From contig CAVQKE010000006.1 of NCBI GenBank assembly GCA_963713045.1, forward strand, positions 160,001 through 224,000: a stretch of DNA of 64,000 nt. The letters run 5' to 3'. The number at the start of each line of letters is the position of its first letter. Position 1 is the stretch's first letter. The notes under the pieces were generated by a model, which was not told the DNA's origin, did no database searches, and saw only the letters and a list, made by a program, of their open reading frames with translations. This DNA is from an uncultured delta proteobacterium (GTDB lineage Bacteria; Myxococcota; Myxococcia; Myxococcales; Myxococcaceae). This document shows positions 20,528 to 32,497 of the stretch, in pieces. Made by a program: the position numbers and the translations under genes.

Positions 20528-21508
20528 ATGAAGAAGGCCTTCGAGCAAAACGTCTCCCGTGCTCGGCCTCGCTTGAAGCTGGGTAGCCTCCTCGAGGAGG
20601 CCGCCCCCGACGCTGCACCCCCCGAGGAACCGGTGCCCCAGCAGCCGCCCGCGGCGCGTGCCCCGGCGCCGGCGGCCAAGCCCTCGGCCCCCCCAGTCGA
20701 GGAGGACGCCCCGGGTGTCCCGTCGCCGCGGCGCGGCGCGGTGGCGGTGGCGGACATGCTGGCCCGGCATGCGGCCCCCGCTGCCCCGGCCCAGGCGCCC
20801 GTCGCTTCCACGCCTCCCCCGCGCGCCGCTGCGCCGCCGGCTGACGGGGAGGACGGCCCCTCGGTCCGGCGCGAGCGCCTTCGGCAGCGCCTCAAGGCCG
20901 CGCGCGAGCAGCCTCGGCCGGCGCCGCTTCCTGCCACCGCCGCGGCAGCCGGCGTGCTGGCGGTGGAGCGGATTGCAGCGCTGCAGACGGAGTTGTCCCA
21001 GGCGCGGGCCCTCAACCTTGGGCTGAGTCAGGAGTTGGAGGCGGCCCGCCGTCACGCGGAGCGGGCCGTCGAAGAAGCCAGGGCCCGGGTGGACGAGGCC
21101 AAGCGGCTGGCCTCCGAGGTGGAGGGGCGCACCAAGTTGCTGGCGGACTTGGAGAGGGAATTGGCTGCGCTGGAAGGCGAGCGCGATGAGATGCTGCTTG
21201 CGGTGCAGGACTTGCGCGCCCGCGAGGCGGCCAATGCCGAGGAGCGCCAGCGGCTGGACGCGGAGTTGGCTGAGAAGGACAGGCAAATTTCCGACGGCCT
21301 GGCGGAGGAGGAGCGGCTGGCCGGCGAGGTGGAGAGCTACCGCGAGGAGTTGGAGGCGCTGCGCCGCACGGTGGCTGCCCTCACCACCGAGCGAGAGTTG
21401 CTGGCGCGCCAAGTGGCGGACCTCACCGCTGAACGGCAGGAACTGTTGGATGCCCGAAAGGCCCTGGAGGCCGTCCACCGCGCTCTCAGCGAGGCGGTCT
21501 CTCGCTAG
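20528..21508 (+). CDS. pomX: PomX (PomZ ATPase-activating coiled-coil protein)
   Basis: Starts MKKAFEQNVSRARPRLKLG, matching the recalled PomX N-terminal activating peptide; Pro-rich region followed by a long coiled coil. Confidence 0.9.
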   Translation: MKKAFEQNVSRARPRLKLGSLLEEAAPDAAPPEEPVPQQPPAARAPAPAAKPSAPPVEEDAPGVPSPRRGAVAVADMLARHAAPAAPAQAPVASTPPPRAAAPPADGEDGPSVRRERLRQRLKAAREQPRPAPLPATAAAAGVLAVERIAALQTELSQARALNLGLSQELEAARRHAERAVEEARARVDEAKRLASEVEGRTKLLADLERELAALEGERDEMLLAVQDLRAREAANAEERQRLDAELAEKDRQISDGLAEEERLAGEVESYREELEALRRTVAALTTERELLARQVADLTAERQELLDARKALEAVHRALSEAVSR

Positions 21509-21634
21509 GCTGCTGTCGGGGGCCTGTGGACAGGGGCTTGGCCCGTTGTTGGGTGCGGATGAAACGAGGGCGCACGGGGCCCCTTCACCGGCAGGGCCTT
21601 GCGCTTGGCCCCCGCCGCTGGGCCCCCGGTTGGC

Positions 21635-21790
21635 CTAGACGCGCTGGGCAGCGGGGCTGTCCGCGGCGCCGGTGTAGGCGCTGACCAGCACACCGGAGCC
21701 GCCCACGCCCACGGCGAAGAAGACGCATGCGGCGACAATCAGCCCCAGCGAGCGGCTGTGGCGGCTGGAGGCGAACAGGGCACTGGCCAT
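21635..21790 (-). CDS. Small membrane protein (51 aa, absent from ORF track)
   Basis: MASALFASSRHSRSLGLIVAACVFFAVGVGGSGVLVSAYTGAADSPAAQRV*; GGAG RBS; one TM helix. Confidence 0.6.
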   Translation of the reverse strand: MASALFASSRHSRSLGLIVAACVFFAVGVGGSGVLVSAYTGAADSPAAQRV

Positions 21791-21846
21791 GGCTTGGGAC
21801 TCCGGTTGCCTGGGCGGAGAGTCGCCCGCGGACGTTTCCCGGGTAC

Positions 21847-21862
21847 TGCAGCCGCAATGCCA
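21847..21862 (-). promoter_or_regulatory. Putative sigma54 promoter
   Basis: Minus strand TGGCATTGCGGCTGCA has exact GG-N10-GC spacing, about 57 bp upstream of ATG 21790. Confidence 0.5.
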
Positions 21863-22030
21863 GGGGAAAACCCCGAGGAAACACTGGCGCTTTCCTTCGG
21901 CCAGCTCAGCCTTTTGTAGCCGTGGCCGCTACGGGTCTCGGCCCGCTGTTGCCCGCGGCACACCCCCCACACGGGTGGGGCACCCGACGGGTGCCCGCGC
22001 TGCAGACAACTGCCTTCAGCCGTCAGCCCC

Positions 22031-22879
22031 TTACTGGCCCCATCCGTTGCCGCCCCAGCCCCCGTGCGTGCCCTTGCCGTGGAAGTGGCGCAGGTCCGCG
22101 CAGGGGACGAGGCAGGTGGCAGGGCTGCCGGAGGCGGGGAGGACGCAGCTGCCCACAGGGCCGTCACCCCAGTCCCGGTGCCAAAAACCGAAGGTGCAGC
22201 TCGCCCCCGCGTCCAAGCCTTGGCAGGCTGCCACGCCGGGCGACTCCGCTGGCCGACAGGCCAGTGGCCCAGCGTCCGCTGGGCCGAGTCCGCAGACGCC
22301 AGCCTTCGTCCCGGCGTCCCAAGCCTCCGGCCGGGTGCAGGCCTCTCCAGCGGTCTTGCCGGAACAGGCCTCCACGGCGGCGAGCTGCCGCGGCCGGACG
22401 CGGCCGCAGAAAAGTGTGGTGCCGTCCGGCGCGGTGAGGCAGCTGCCCGCGAAGCTGCCGCCCCGCTTGCCCTCGGCTTGGCAGGCGGCCCCGGCTGCCT
22501 TGCCACTGCAGGCATTCACCAGCGCGGACAGCGGCGCGCGAGGGTTGGGGGCGCAGGCCACTGCGGTCCCGTCCAGCGTCGGCCGACAGGTGCCAGGCCA
22601 TGTCCAGCCGGCGTCCTGGTGGCCGAACAGCGAACAGCTGCCGCCCGCGGCCACGCCAGCGCAGGCGTCCAGCTGCGCCGCGGACGGCGCACAGCGAAGG
22701 GCAGTGACGGAGTTTGAAGACGTCCCGGTGGTGCCGCCGTCTGAGGAAGAGGCCCCGTTGGCCGTCGTCGAGGTGCCCGCGTTTTGGGTTGGCGTCGGGG
22801 CCGTCGCTCCGCCGCACCCGAGGAAAGTGAAGAGGGACGCCAAAACCAAAAGAGGCCGCGCGCCGAGGGACTGCTTCAT
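22031..22879 (-). CDS. Cys-rich repeat lipoprotein
   Basis: GGAGG RBS; lipobox FLGC; Thr/Ser/Gly linker; four ACxGxxAGxxC repeats. Confidence 0.8.
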   Translation of the reverse strand: MKQSLGARPLLVLASLFTFLGCGGATAPTPTQNAGTSTTANGASSSDGGTTGTSSNSVTALRCAPSAAQLDACAGVAAGGSCSLFGHQDAGWTWPGTCRPTLDGTAVACAPNPRAPLSALVNACSGKAAGAACQAEGKRGGSFAGSCLTAPDGTTLFCGRVRPRQLAAVEACSGKTAGEACTRPEAWDAGTKAGVCGLGPADAGPLACRPAESPGVAACQGLDAGASCTFGFWHRDWGDGPVGSCVLPASGSPATCLVPCADLRHFHGKGTHGGWGGNGWGQ

Positions 22880-23015
22880 GGTCTCCACCTCCGCAAGGCC
22901 GGGCCGCGCTGGCAGCGCGCCGCTCGGCCAACCCCTTTGGACCCCCGCGCCGGGGAGGAAGTTAAGCCCAGGGGCTTGAAGGCCGGACAGCGGGGCGCAA
23001 ACCCGCAGGGCCCCC

Positions 23016-23037
23016 GGGGGCGAAGCGCTTCGCCCCC
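23016..23037. repeat. 22-bp perfect palindrome in an intergenic region
   Basis: GGGGGCGAAGCGCTTCGCCCCC lies between the rnz stop and the lipoprotein start. Confidence 0.6.
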
Positions 23038-23111
23038 CCCCGGGTGTCTGGACACCGGCAGCGGGAGGCGTCCGTCAAAGGCTTGGCCGCCGTCGGCCGG
23101 GGCTGCCCGTT

Positions 23112-24035
23112 TCACTCCCGCAGGGGGATGTCGACCGTCATCCCATCGTGGGCGACTTCCACCGGTCCGCTGTATTCGGCCCGCGCCTGGGCCAGCAGCC
23201 GCGAGGGGTCCGTGTCGTGGCGAGAGCTGAGGTGGGTGAGGATGAGGCGGCGCGCCGCGGCGGCCTGGGCGATTCGCCCGGCCTCCCTCGCCGTGGAATG
23301 CCGCGTCTCCAGCGCGCGCTGCTGCTCGTCGTCGCTGAAGGTGGACTCATGAATCAGCACATCGGCGTCCCGCGCCGCTTCCACCATCGCTTCGCAGGGG
23401 CGCGTGTCGCCGGACAGCACCAGGCGCCGGCCTGGCCGGGAGGGCCCGACGACGTCGCCGGGCTGGACCGTCTTGCCGTCCAGCGCCACCACCGCCTCGC
23501 CGCGCTGCAGCCGTCCGAAGTCCGGGCCTTCCCGCACGCCCAGGGCCCGGGCCCGTTCCAGGTTGAAGCGTCCCGTCCGCTCGTCTTCCTCCAGCACATA
23601 GCCGAGGGCGTTAATCCGGTGTTGCACCGCGACGGCGCGGACGGCGTAGCCTGAGCGCTGGATGCGCTCGCCGTCTTTCAACTCGAGAATTTCCAAGGGA
23701 AAGCCGAGCGCCTCGACGCCGAGGTGCACCGCCTGGTTGAGGAGGCGCTTGGCCGGGGGCGGCCCGTACAGCGTCAGCCCCTGCTCGCGTCCCATCATCC
23801 CCAGGGTGCGCAGAAAGCCAATGATTCCGAGGTAGTGGTCGGCGTGGAAATGGGTGAAGTACACCGCGTCCACGCTGAAGCCGGTGCCGTAGCGAATCAT
23901 CTGCCGCTGGCTCCCCTCGCCACAGTCGAAGAGGAGCAGCTCGGTGTCGGCCTTGACGCTGAGGCCGGAGAGGTTTCGGTGGATGGTGGGCTGTGCGGCC
24001 GAGGTGCCGAGAAAGGTGAAGCGCAGAACCGACAT
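23112..24035 (-). CDS. rnz: Ribonuclease Z
   Basis: FLGTSAAQPT, DCGEGSQRQ, THFHADH, GP exosite arm, SGDTRPC, HEST, HLSSR. Confidence 0.95.
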   Translation of the reverse strand: MSVLRFTFLGTSAAQPTIHRNLSGLSVKADTELLLFDCGEGSQRQMIRYGTGFSVDAVYFTHFHADHYLGIIGFLRTLGMMGREQGLTLYGPPPAKRLLNQAVHLGVEALGFPLEILELKDGERIQRSGYAVRAVAVQHRINALGYVLEEDERTGRFNLERARALGVREGPDFGRLQRGEAVVALDGKTVQPGDVVGPSRPGRRLVLSGDTRPCEAMVEAARDADVLIHESTFSDDEQQRALETRHSTAREAGRIAQAAAARRLILTHLSSRHDTDPSRLLAQARAEYSGPVEVAHDGMTVDIPLRE

Positions 24036-24161
24036 TCCGGCGGAGGCCACGGGAGGCGAGCGGTTAGCACGCGCCCGGGGCGAGCGCCAAGGCCGCGGCA
24101 TGCAGGGAAAACCGCGGGCCTCAGCCGTGCTGGGCAGGGTTCGCCGAAGGCCCGCCCAGCG

Positions 24162-26642
<2,481 letters not shown>

Positions 26643-26881
26643 GGTGAACCACTCCTCACGAGGAAGGTCGAGGGGTTGGCCGCCCGCACCGTTGGTGCGA
26701 GCGCTTCAGCGCAGCCTCGCCCCGGGGAAGCCCTCCCCGGGAAGGGCCCCGCCTCTAGCACAGCCGGCGCAGGCGTTGAAAGGCTCCCGCGCGGGCTGGC
26801 GGTTGGGTTGGTGACAAACTGGCGCCAGTTGGGGGAAAGAATTTCCCTTCCGCGGAGGCGTGGCGGGCCCCCCAAAGGGCT

Positions 26882-27628
26882 TCATCCCCGCATTCTCTCA
26901 AACAGGGCAGTCGGCAACAGCCGCAAGACGGCCATGATGAGGCGCCAATAGGCCGGTGCGTACACCACCGGCCAGCCAGCTTCCAGGCCCCGGTGGATGC
27001 GCCGGCCGACGTCATCCACGTCGGCCAACAGCCGAGTGCGTGTCACCCGGCCCACCGTCATCGGCGTGGCCACCGGCCCGGGCTTCACTGTCACCACCCG
27101 CACGCCGGCGCGGGAAAGCCTCTGCCCGAGGCCGCTGGCGTAGCTGGAGAGGGCAGCCTTGGAGGCGCCGTAGACGTAATTCTCGGCACGGCCTCGGTCG
27201 CCGGCCACCGAGGACAAAGCCGCCACCGTCCCATGGCCCGCGTCCTCCATGCGGCGGCCGACCGCTTCCAGAAGGGACGCGGCACTGACGAAGTTGGTCT
27301 GCCAACACAGCTGGGCAATGCGGCTGTCGGCCAGCGCCTCGGCCTGCACCGGGAGGACGCCGTGGGCCACCAAGGCGACGTCCAGGCCACCCAGGGCCTG
27401 CTCGGCACGGGCCACCAACTGCGGGTGCCGTTCCAGTTCCAACAAGTCCGCCACCTCCGTCGACAGGGCGGAGGCACCACGGACGCGCAAATCCGCGGCC
27501 ACCACGTCCAAGTACTGGCGGTTGCGCGCCACCAAGGCGAGTCGGGCGCCCCCTTCGGCGTACCGTCGGCACACCGCCTGGGCAATGGCGCTGGTGGCGC
27601 CCAGCACAAGCACGCGGCGAGGGGGCAT
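26882..27628 (-). CDS. Short-chain dehydrogenase, DprE2-like
   Basis: VLGATSAIA, SSVAGDRGR, NYVYGASKA (YxxxK), KPGPVATPMT. Confidence 0.88.
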   Translation of the reverse strand: MPPRRVLVLGATSAIAQAVCRRYAEGGARLALVARNRQYLDVVAADLRVRGASALSTEVADLLELERHPQLVARAEQALGGLDVALVAHGVLPVQAEALADSRIAQLCWQTNFVSAASLLEAVGRRMEDAGHGTVAALSSVAGDRGRAENYVYGASKAALSSYASGLGQRLSRAGVRVVTVKPGPVATPMTVGRVTRTRLLADVDDVGRRIHRGLEAGWPVVYAPAYWRLIMAVLRLLPTALFERMRG

Positions 27629-27633
27629 TGGCG

Positions 27634-28934
27634 CTAGCCCTCCTGCTGGACACGCCGCCAAAAGCCGGAGGAAAAGCGCGGGTCGACGTGGGCAGAAAAC
27701 GCCTTCCATGCCGGGTAGCCAAGGCGGAAGGTATCGGCGGACATGCGGGCGTCCTTGGCTGGGTAAAGCCGGCCGCCGTGCGCCCGGACGACAGCGTCCA
27801 GCTTTTCCAAGAGTGCCAAGTGGCCTCCCCGCGCGAGGGGAAGTCCAAGGCCAGTGTCCAGCCCGGGCGAGGAAAGGAAAGCAACCCCGGGCTGGGGACA
27901 TCCGAAAACGTCTTGAGGACGGTGAGGAAGCTGCCCTGGCCGCTCTCGGCTGAGACCGCCAGCAACTCGGCGACGGCCTCGCGGCCGGGGACGACGCTTT
28001 GGTGCTGCAAAAGCCCCCGGCTGCCGTACAGGCGGTTCCAATTCCCGACCGCGTCCAGGGGGTGGAGAAACTTCCACAGCGACATTCGGCGGACGCGTCC
28101 TCGGGGCCAGTGCCGGACCGCCGCGTTGAAGGCCCGCACCAGCGGAGCGGACAGCAGCGCGTCCGGTGCGTCGAAGGGCACCGACAGCCGCGTCCTGGGC
28201 GCCGGCAGTGGCCCGGTGGCCTCGGCGTGGTTGCCGCGGAAGAAGAGGCCTCGGCCGAGGGCCTTCCCCTTGGCCAACCCGTCCACCCAAGCAACGGTAT
28301 AGCCGTGCGTCGTGTCCGAGGCGGCGGCCAACTCGGCGAAGCCTTCGAGGTTGGAGAAGGGCACTGTCTCCACGTCCACCCAGGGCCCAGGGACAGGCGA
28401 CAGCTGCAGCTCCACCCAGGTCATCAGTCCGGTGAGGCCCAGTCCCGCCACCGTGGCGCGGAAGAGGTCCGCGTTGGCCGACGGCCCACACACCAGGCGC
28501 GTCCCGTCGCCGCGCACCAACTCCAGGGCACGCACGTGCCGGCCAAACGTCCCGGCCCGGTGGTGGTTTTTCCCGTGCACGTCATTGGCCACCGCCCCGC
28601 CCACGGTGACGAAACGCGTGCCGGGGACGACGGGGGGAAACCAGCGGCGGGGCAGCGTCAACTCCGCCACCTCACCCAAGCTGCAACCCGCCTCGCAGCG
28701 CAGCACGCCCGTCTCCGCGTCAAAGGCCAGGACGCGCCGAAGCCCCCGCGTCAACAGCACCGGGCCGTCCGGGTTGAGGCACACGTCGCCGTAGCTGCGC
28801 CCAAGGCCATAGGGCAGCAAAGGTTGCGCCGTCGCCGGAAGCCCATCGCTGGCCCAGGCCAGGGCAAGCGAAGTCTGGACGACAGGCGGGTAGCGGCCCC
28901 ACGAGGAGGGCCCGGCAGCATCCCCGGGAGCCAT
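27634..28934 (-). CDS. FAD-binding oxidoreductase, DprE1-like (one frameshift near 27820)
   Basis: GLGRSYGD, VPGTRFVTVGGAVANDVHGKNHH, WNRLYG, SFLTVLK, GWTLALDF; the C-terminus (GGRLYPAKDARM) is in a second frame. Confidence 0.88.
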
Positions 28935-29249
28935 GTGCAGAAGGGCTTACCACGCGGGGGCCGCTGTCGGCAGCGTGGCGGCGCCGCACCGGCGCACACG
29001 CCCGGGTGTGGACCGCGCTGAAGGGAGACGCCATGCCTGAAGGACAAAGGCGCCTCGCCTTGCAACATGGCTTCACCCCAGCTGGCCGGACTGGCGGCGT
29101 CCTTGGCGCGAAGCGCCTGGGCGGCACGGACTGCACCGACGTCCGGCCCTTGCCCCGAAGCCTCCCCTTCTGGCGGTGGAGCGGTGCGCTGGTGTGGGCA
29201 GCGAGGGCAGCCCGCCTGGCGTCGCCGGGCTGTGGTAGCCCTCCATCCT

Positions 29250-30536
29250 GTGAAGGCTCCCCGTGCCGTGGCCGGCCTCGGCCTCCTGGTCTGTTCCGTC
29301 GCCCTCGCGCAGGCGCCGGACGCGAAACTGCTGGCGGACATCCAAAAAATCAAGAGCGTCGATGCGCACTCTCGTCTCTTGGTGAATGCGGTGGAGCCGC
29401 CGACGGCGGCGCCTTCCCGTCGGGAGCCCTCGGCATTGCCGCTGCGGCTGCGTGGGGATGGGCCGGAATGGACGCGGGCCTGGAAGCTGCTTTACCGCGT
29501 CAACCTGGCGGACGCAGACACCGACGAAAACATCGCCCTGTTGCAGGAAGCGCGCGAGAAGCTGCGCCGGGAAAAGGGCGCGGCCTTCGCCGACTCCATG
29601 TTGGACGCAGCCGGGGTGGAGTTGGCGCTGGTGGAAGGCACGCCGCCGCCCAACACCACCGAGGCGCCGCCCGGGCGACTGCGCTTTCTGCCGCGGGCAG
29701 ACATCTTCCTTCGCCCCTTCAGCCAGGACTCGGCCGAGGCCCTGAAGCCGTTCTTCATCGCCGCGCGCACCTACACCCTGCCCAAGACGCTGGATGAATT
29801 TCTCAAGCGCATCGTCACCCCCGGGCTGGAGCGTTGGCTGGGGGGCGGGGCGGTGGGCGTGGACGTGGCCATTGCCGAATACCGTCCCCTCAACTTCGAT
29901 GAAGTGAATGCGGAGGTGGCCCGCGCCGCCTACGGCCGCCTGGTGGTTGCCGGCGAGCTGGGGGCCTCGGCGGCGGACCTCAAGGCCTTTCAGGACTACA
30001 CCTTCCGCTACATTGCCCGCGAAGCGGGGCGCCTCGGGCTGGTGGTGCACATCCACACCGGGATGGCCCGCGGCGCTGGACGGGACGTGGGCAACGGAAA
30101 CCCCCTGCTGCTGGAACCGATGCTGAACGACCCCAACACGCAGAAGACGCGCTTCCTGTTGGTGCACGGCGGCTTCCCGTTTGACAAGGAGGCCGCTCCG
30201 CTGCTGCTGCGGCCCAACGTCTGGGCCGACATCAGTCTGCAAGACCAGGTGCGCTCGCCCACCGAGTTGGCTGAGACGCTGCGGTGGTGGTTTGAATTGG
30301 CGCCGGAGAAGGTGCTCTTCGCCACCGACGCCTGGTCCAACCCAGCCGCTGCCCAGCTGCGCTGGCCGGAGTTGACGCTCCTCGGGGCGGAAACCACCCG
30401 CCAGGCCCTGGCGCTGGCCCTGGGGAAAATGGTGAGCGAGGGCCTCGTCACGCGCGACCGCGCGCTGCAAATTGCCGAGGGGGTGCTACGCGACAACGCG
30501 ATGGAGCTGCACGGCCTCAACGAGAAGCAGGGTTAA
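29250..30536 (+). CDS. Secreted amidohydrolase-family protein
   Basis: Signal peptide; VDAHS, HIHTG, LVHGGFP, KVLFATDA, VLRDNA. Confidence 0.85.
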   Translation: MKAPRAVAGLGLLVCSVALAQAPDAKLLADIQKIKSVDAHSRLLVNAVEPPTAAPSRREPSALPLRLRGDGPEWTRAWKLLYRVNLADADTDENIALLQEAREKLRREKGAAFADSMLDAAGVELALVEGTPPPNTTEAPPGRLRFLPRADIFLRPFSQDSAEALKPFFIAARTYTLPKTLDEFLKRIVTPGLERWLGGGAVGVDVAIAEYRPLNFDEVNAEVARAAYGRLVVAGELGASAADLKAFQDYTFRYIAREAGRLGLVVHIHTGMARGAGRDVGNGNPLLLEPMLNDPNTQKTRFLLVHGGFPFDKEAAPLLLRPNVWADISLQDQVRSPTELAETLRWWFELAPEKVLFATDAWSNPAAAQLRWPELTLLGAETTRQALALALGKMVSEGLVTRDRALQIAEGVLRDNAMELHGLNEKQG

Positions 30537-31152
30537 TCCAGGCGAAGAGAGCCGTTCCCTCCAGCACGGCGCCGAGCGGCGCGCGCTCCTTGGCGCTGCG
30601 AACCAGCCCGCGGGCCAACCCCTGAAGCGGGATGGGCCGAAAGCGCTGCAGCCCGGGGAGTCGGGTCAGCAGGGCAAAGCCAGCCGGTGGCTGCCGTTCT
30701 TCGCTTTGGAAGGCCGAGGGACGAAACACCGTCCAGGGCAGGCCGCTCTCCACCACCAGCTTCTCGGCGGCCGCCTTGGCCTGCAGGTAGGCGCCGATGG
30801 GGTGGCCCGCCCCCACCGAAGACAGCAGCACCAGGTGGTCCACGCCCGCCTCGCGACCGGCGTCCACCAACGCCCGCGTGGTGCCGACGTCGCTGGTCTC
30901 ATAGGTGTCGCCCGCGGCGAAGCGGCTGCGCACGGTGCCGATGAGTTGCAGAATGGTGGTACAGTCACGAAGCGCGGCCAGCAGGGCTGCCCTGTCGGAC
31001 AACTCAAAGACGGCCTGCTGCCGGTCCGCGACGCGTCCCAGTTTGGGCCGCAGGTGGGCCAGGACGTCCAGTCCTTCGGCCTGGGCCAGCGGCACCACCA
31101 GCTTCCCCGTGGCGCCGCTCGAGCCTGCGATGAAGACTTTGCGCGGTCGCAC
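30517..31152 (-). CDS. NAD(P)H-binding protein (atypical SDR)
   Basis: IAGSSGATG, LSSVGA, YLQAK, WTVFRPS. Confidence 0.88.
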   Translation of the reverse strand: MRPRKVFIAGSSGATGKLVVPLAQAEGLDVLAHLRPKLGRVADRQQAVFELSDRAALLAALRDCTTILQLIGTVRSRFAAGDTYETSDVGTTRALVDAGREAGVDHLVLLSSVGAGHPIGAYLQAKAAAEKLVVESGLPWTVFRPSAFQSEERQPPAGFALLTRLPGLQRFRPIPLQGLARGLVRSAKERAPLGAVLEGTALFAWINPASR

Positions 31153-31217
31153 CCGAACGCCACCATAGCAGGCGTCCGGCGGCGGGCCGTCTCCGGCTGT
31201 GGCATGGTTTGGGCTTG

Positions 31218-31991
31218 GTGAAGTCGCTCCGCCTTCCTTTGACGACGCTGTGTCCGGTTGTCCTTTCCGCCTTGGCCCTCAGTGCACAGGCAGCCACTCC
31301 CGCGGCCGGCTGTCAGGCGGGGCTGCAACGCATGTCCAATGGACGTGGCGCCGAAGAGGCGCTCCGCGCCTGCGTGCCCCTCTTTCGCGAGCCGGGCTGT
31401 CAGCTGGCCTGGGGGGAGTTGCTGGACGCGCCCCGCGCTTCCCCCGGCTACGGACGCGGAGCCAGCCTGGCCCGGCTGGCGGAGGCATGCGAGAAGGCCT
31501 ACTGCCGGTTTCCGGGAATGGCACACCAGCAGCTGTGCACCGGCACCGTCCCGCCCGCGCTGTCCCTTGAATTCTCCGATGCCTGGCGGGCCTTCCAGAC
31601 GGAAGTGCTTCGCCGCGAGCACGTCCCGGCCGCTACCAGCGACCGCCTGTTGCAAGCGCTCCGGCGCTGGGCTGGCTTTGTGCCGCGGCCGGGGCCGCGC
31701 CACGTCCTGCAGGCCGTCACCCGGCCGGACGTCCCTGGGGTGGTGGCGCTGACGCTGTGGAGTGCGCGCGGCGAACGCCTCGGGGCGTGGGTGGCGGAGT
31801 TGGACGTGGACGAGGCCACCCTGTTGGCGGTGCAGGCAGCACTGCCAGTGCCGCCAGGGGCCACGCCGCCGTCGGTGCCCTGCGTCCGGCTGGAGGCCTC
31901 CGCCAACCTGCCGCGCGCTTCCACCGAAGCGCTGTTGAAGATGCTGCGCGCGGTGTGCCCGGCGGACATGGTGACGGTGAATGAGGCCTGA
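31218..31991 (+). CDS. Hypothetical secreted Cys-rich protein
   Basis: Signal peptide ending AQA; six Cys in the N-domain; C-domain shared with the next gene. Confidence 0.65.
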   Translation: MKSLRLPLTTLCPVVLSALALSAQAATPAAGCQAGLQRMSNGRGAEEALRACVPLFREPGCQLAWGELLDAPRASPGYGRGASLARLAEACEKAYCRFPGMAHQQLCTGTVPPALSLEFSDAWRAFQTEVLRREHVPAATSDRLLQALRRWAGFVPRPGPRHVLQAVTRPDVPGVVALTLWSARGERLGAWVAELDVDEATLLAVQAALPVPPGATPPSVPCVRLEASANLPRASTEALLKMLRAVCPADMVTVNEA

Positions 31992-32424
31992 GGGGTCGCT
32001 TTGGGCCCGTGCGCGCGTGCGGCTGGCCCTGGCGGCGGCCCTCTTTGTCCTCGTCCTGGTGCTGGCGGTGGGCTGGTTTGTTAGTCGCCGCGTCACCCCC
32101 GGCGACTTTGTCGTGCGCCTGGCCCCCACAGCCCCGGGAGCGCGCACCTACCAACTCAGCCTCCGCGGCCCCGGCGGGGTGGTGCTTGGGGTGTGGGGGT
32201 TTCAGGACGCGCCAGGGCCTTCCATTCTGGCCGGCCTCCAGCAGAAGGTGCCCTGGAAGGCCGTCTCCACGCAGGCCGGGCCGAGCCAGCCCTGTGTGAC
32301 GCTGGAAGCACCGCTGTCCGTGCCGGCGGCGGCCCTCGCCCCCATCGAAACGCTGGCACTGGAGCAGTGCTGCCCCGGCGCGACAAACCGCGCGGGCTGC
32401 CCCGTCCGCCGCGTGGTGCGCTGA
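31981..32424 (+). CDS. Hypothetical single-TM protein
   Basis: N-terminal TM LALAAALFVLVLVLAVGWFV; overlaps the upstream stop. Confidence 0.65.
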   Translation: MRPEGSLWARARVRLALAAALFVLVLVLAVGWFVSRRVTPGDFVVRLAPTAPGARTYQLSLRGPGGVVLGVWGFQDAPGPSILAGLQQKVPWKAVSTQAGPSQPCVTLEAPLSVPAAALAPIETLALEQCCPGATNRAGCPVRRVVR

Positions 32425-32497
32425 CACCAGAGGCCCGTATCGCCGCAAACGCTGTCGACGGAAGCGCCCGGGGCGCGTACCTTGTCCCTCGCTTCCC

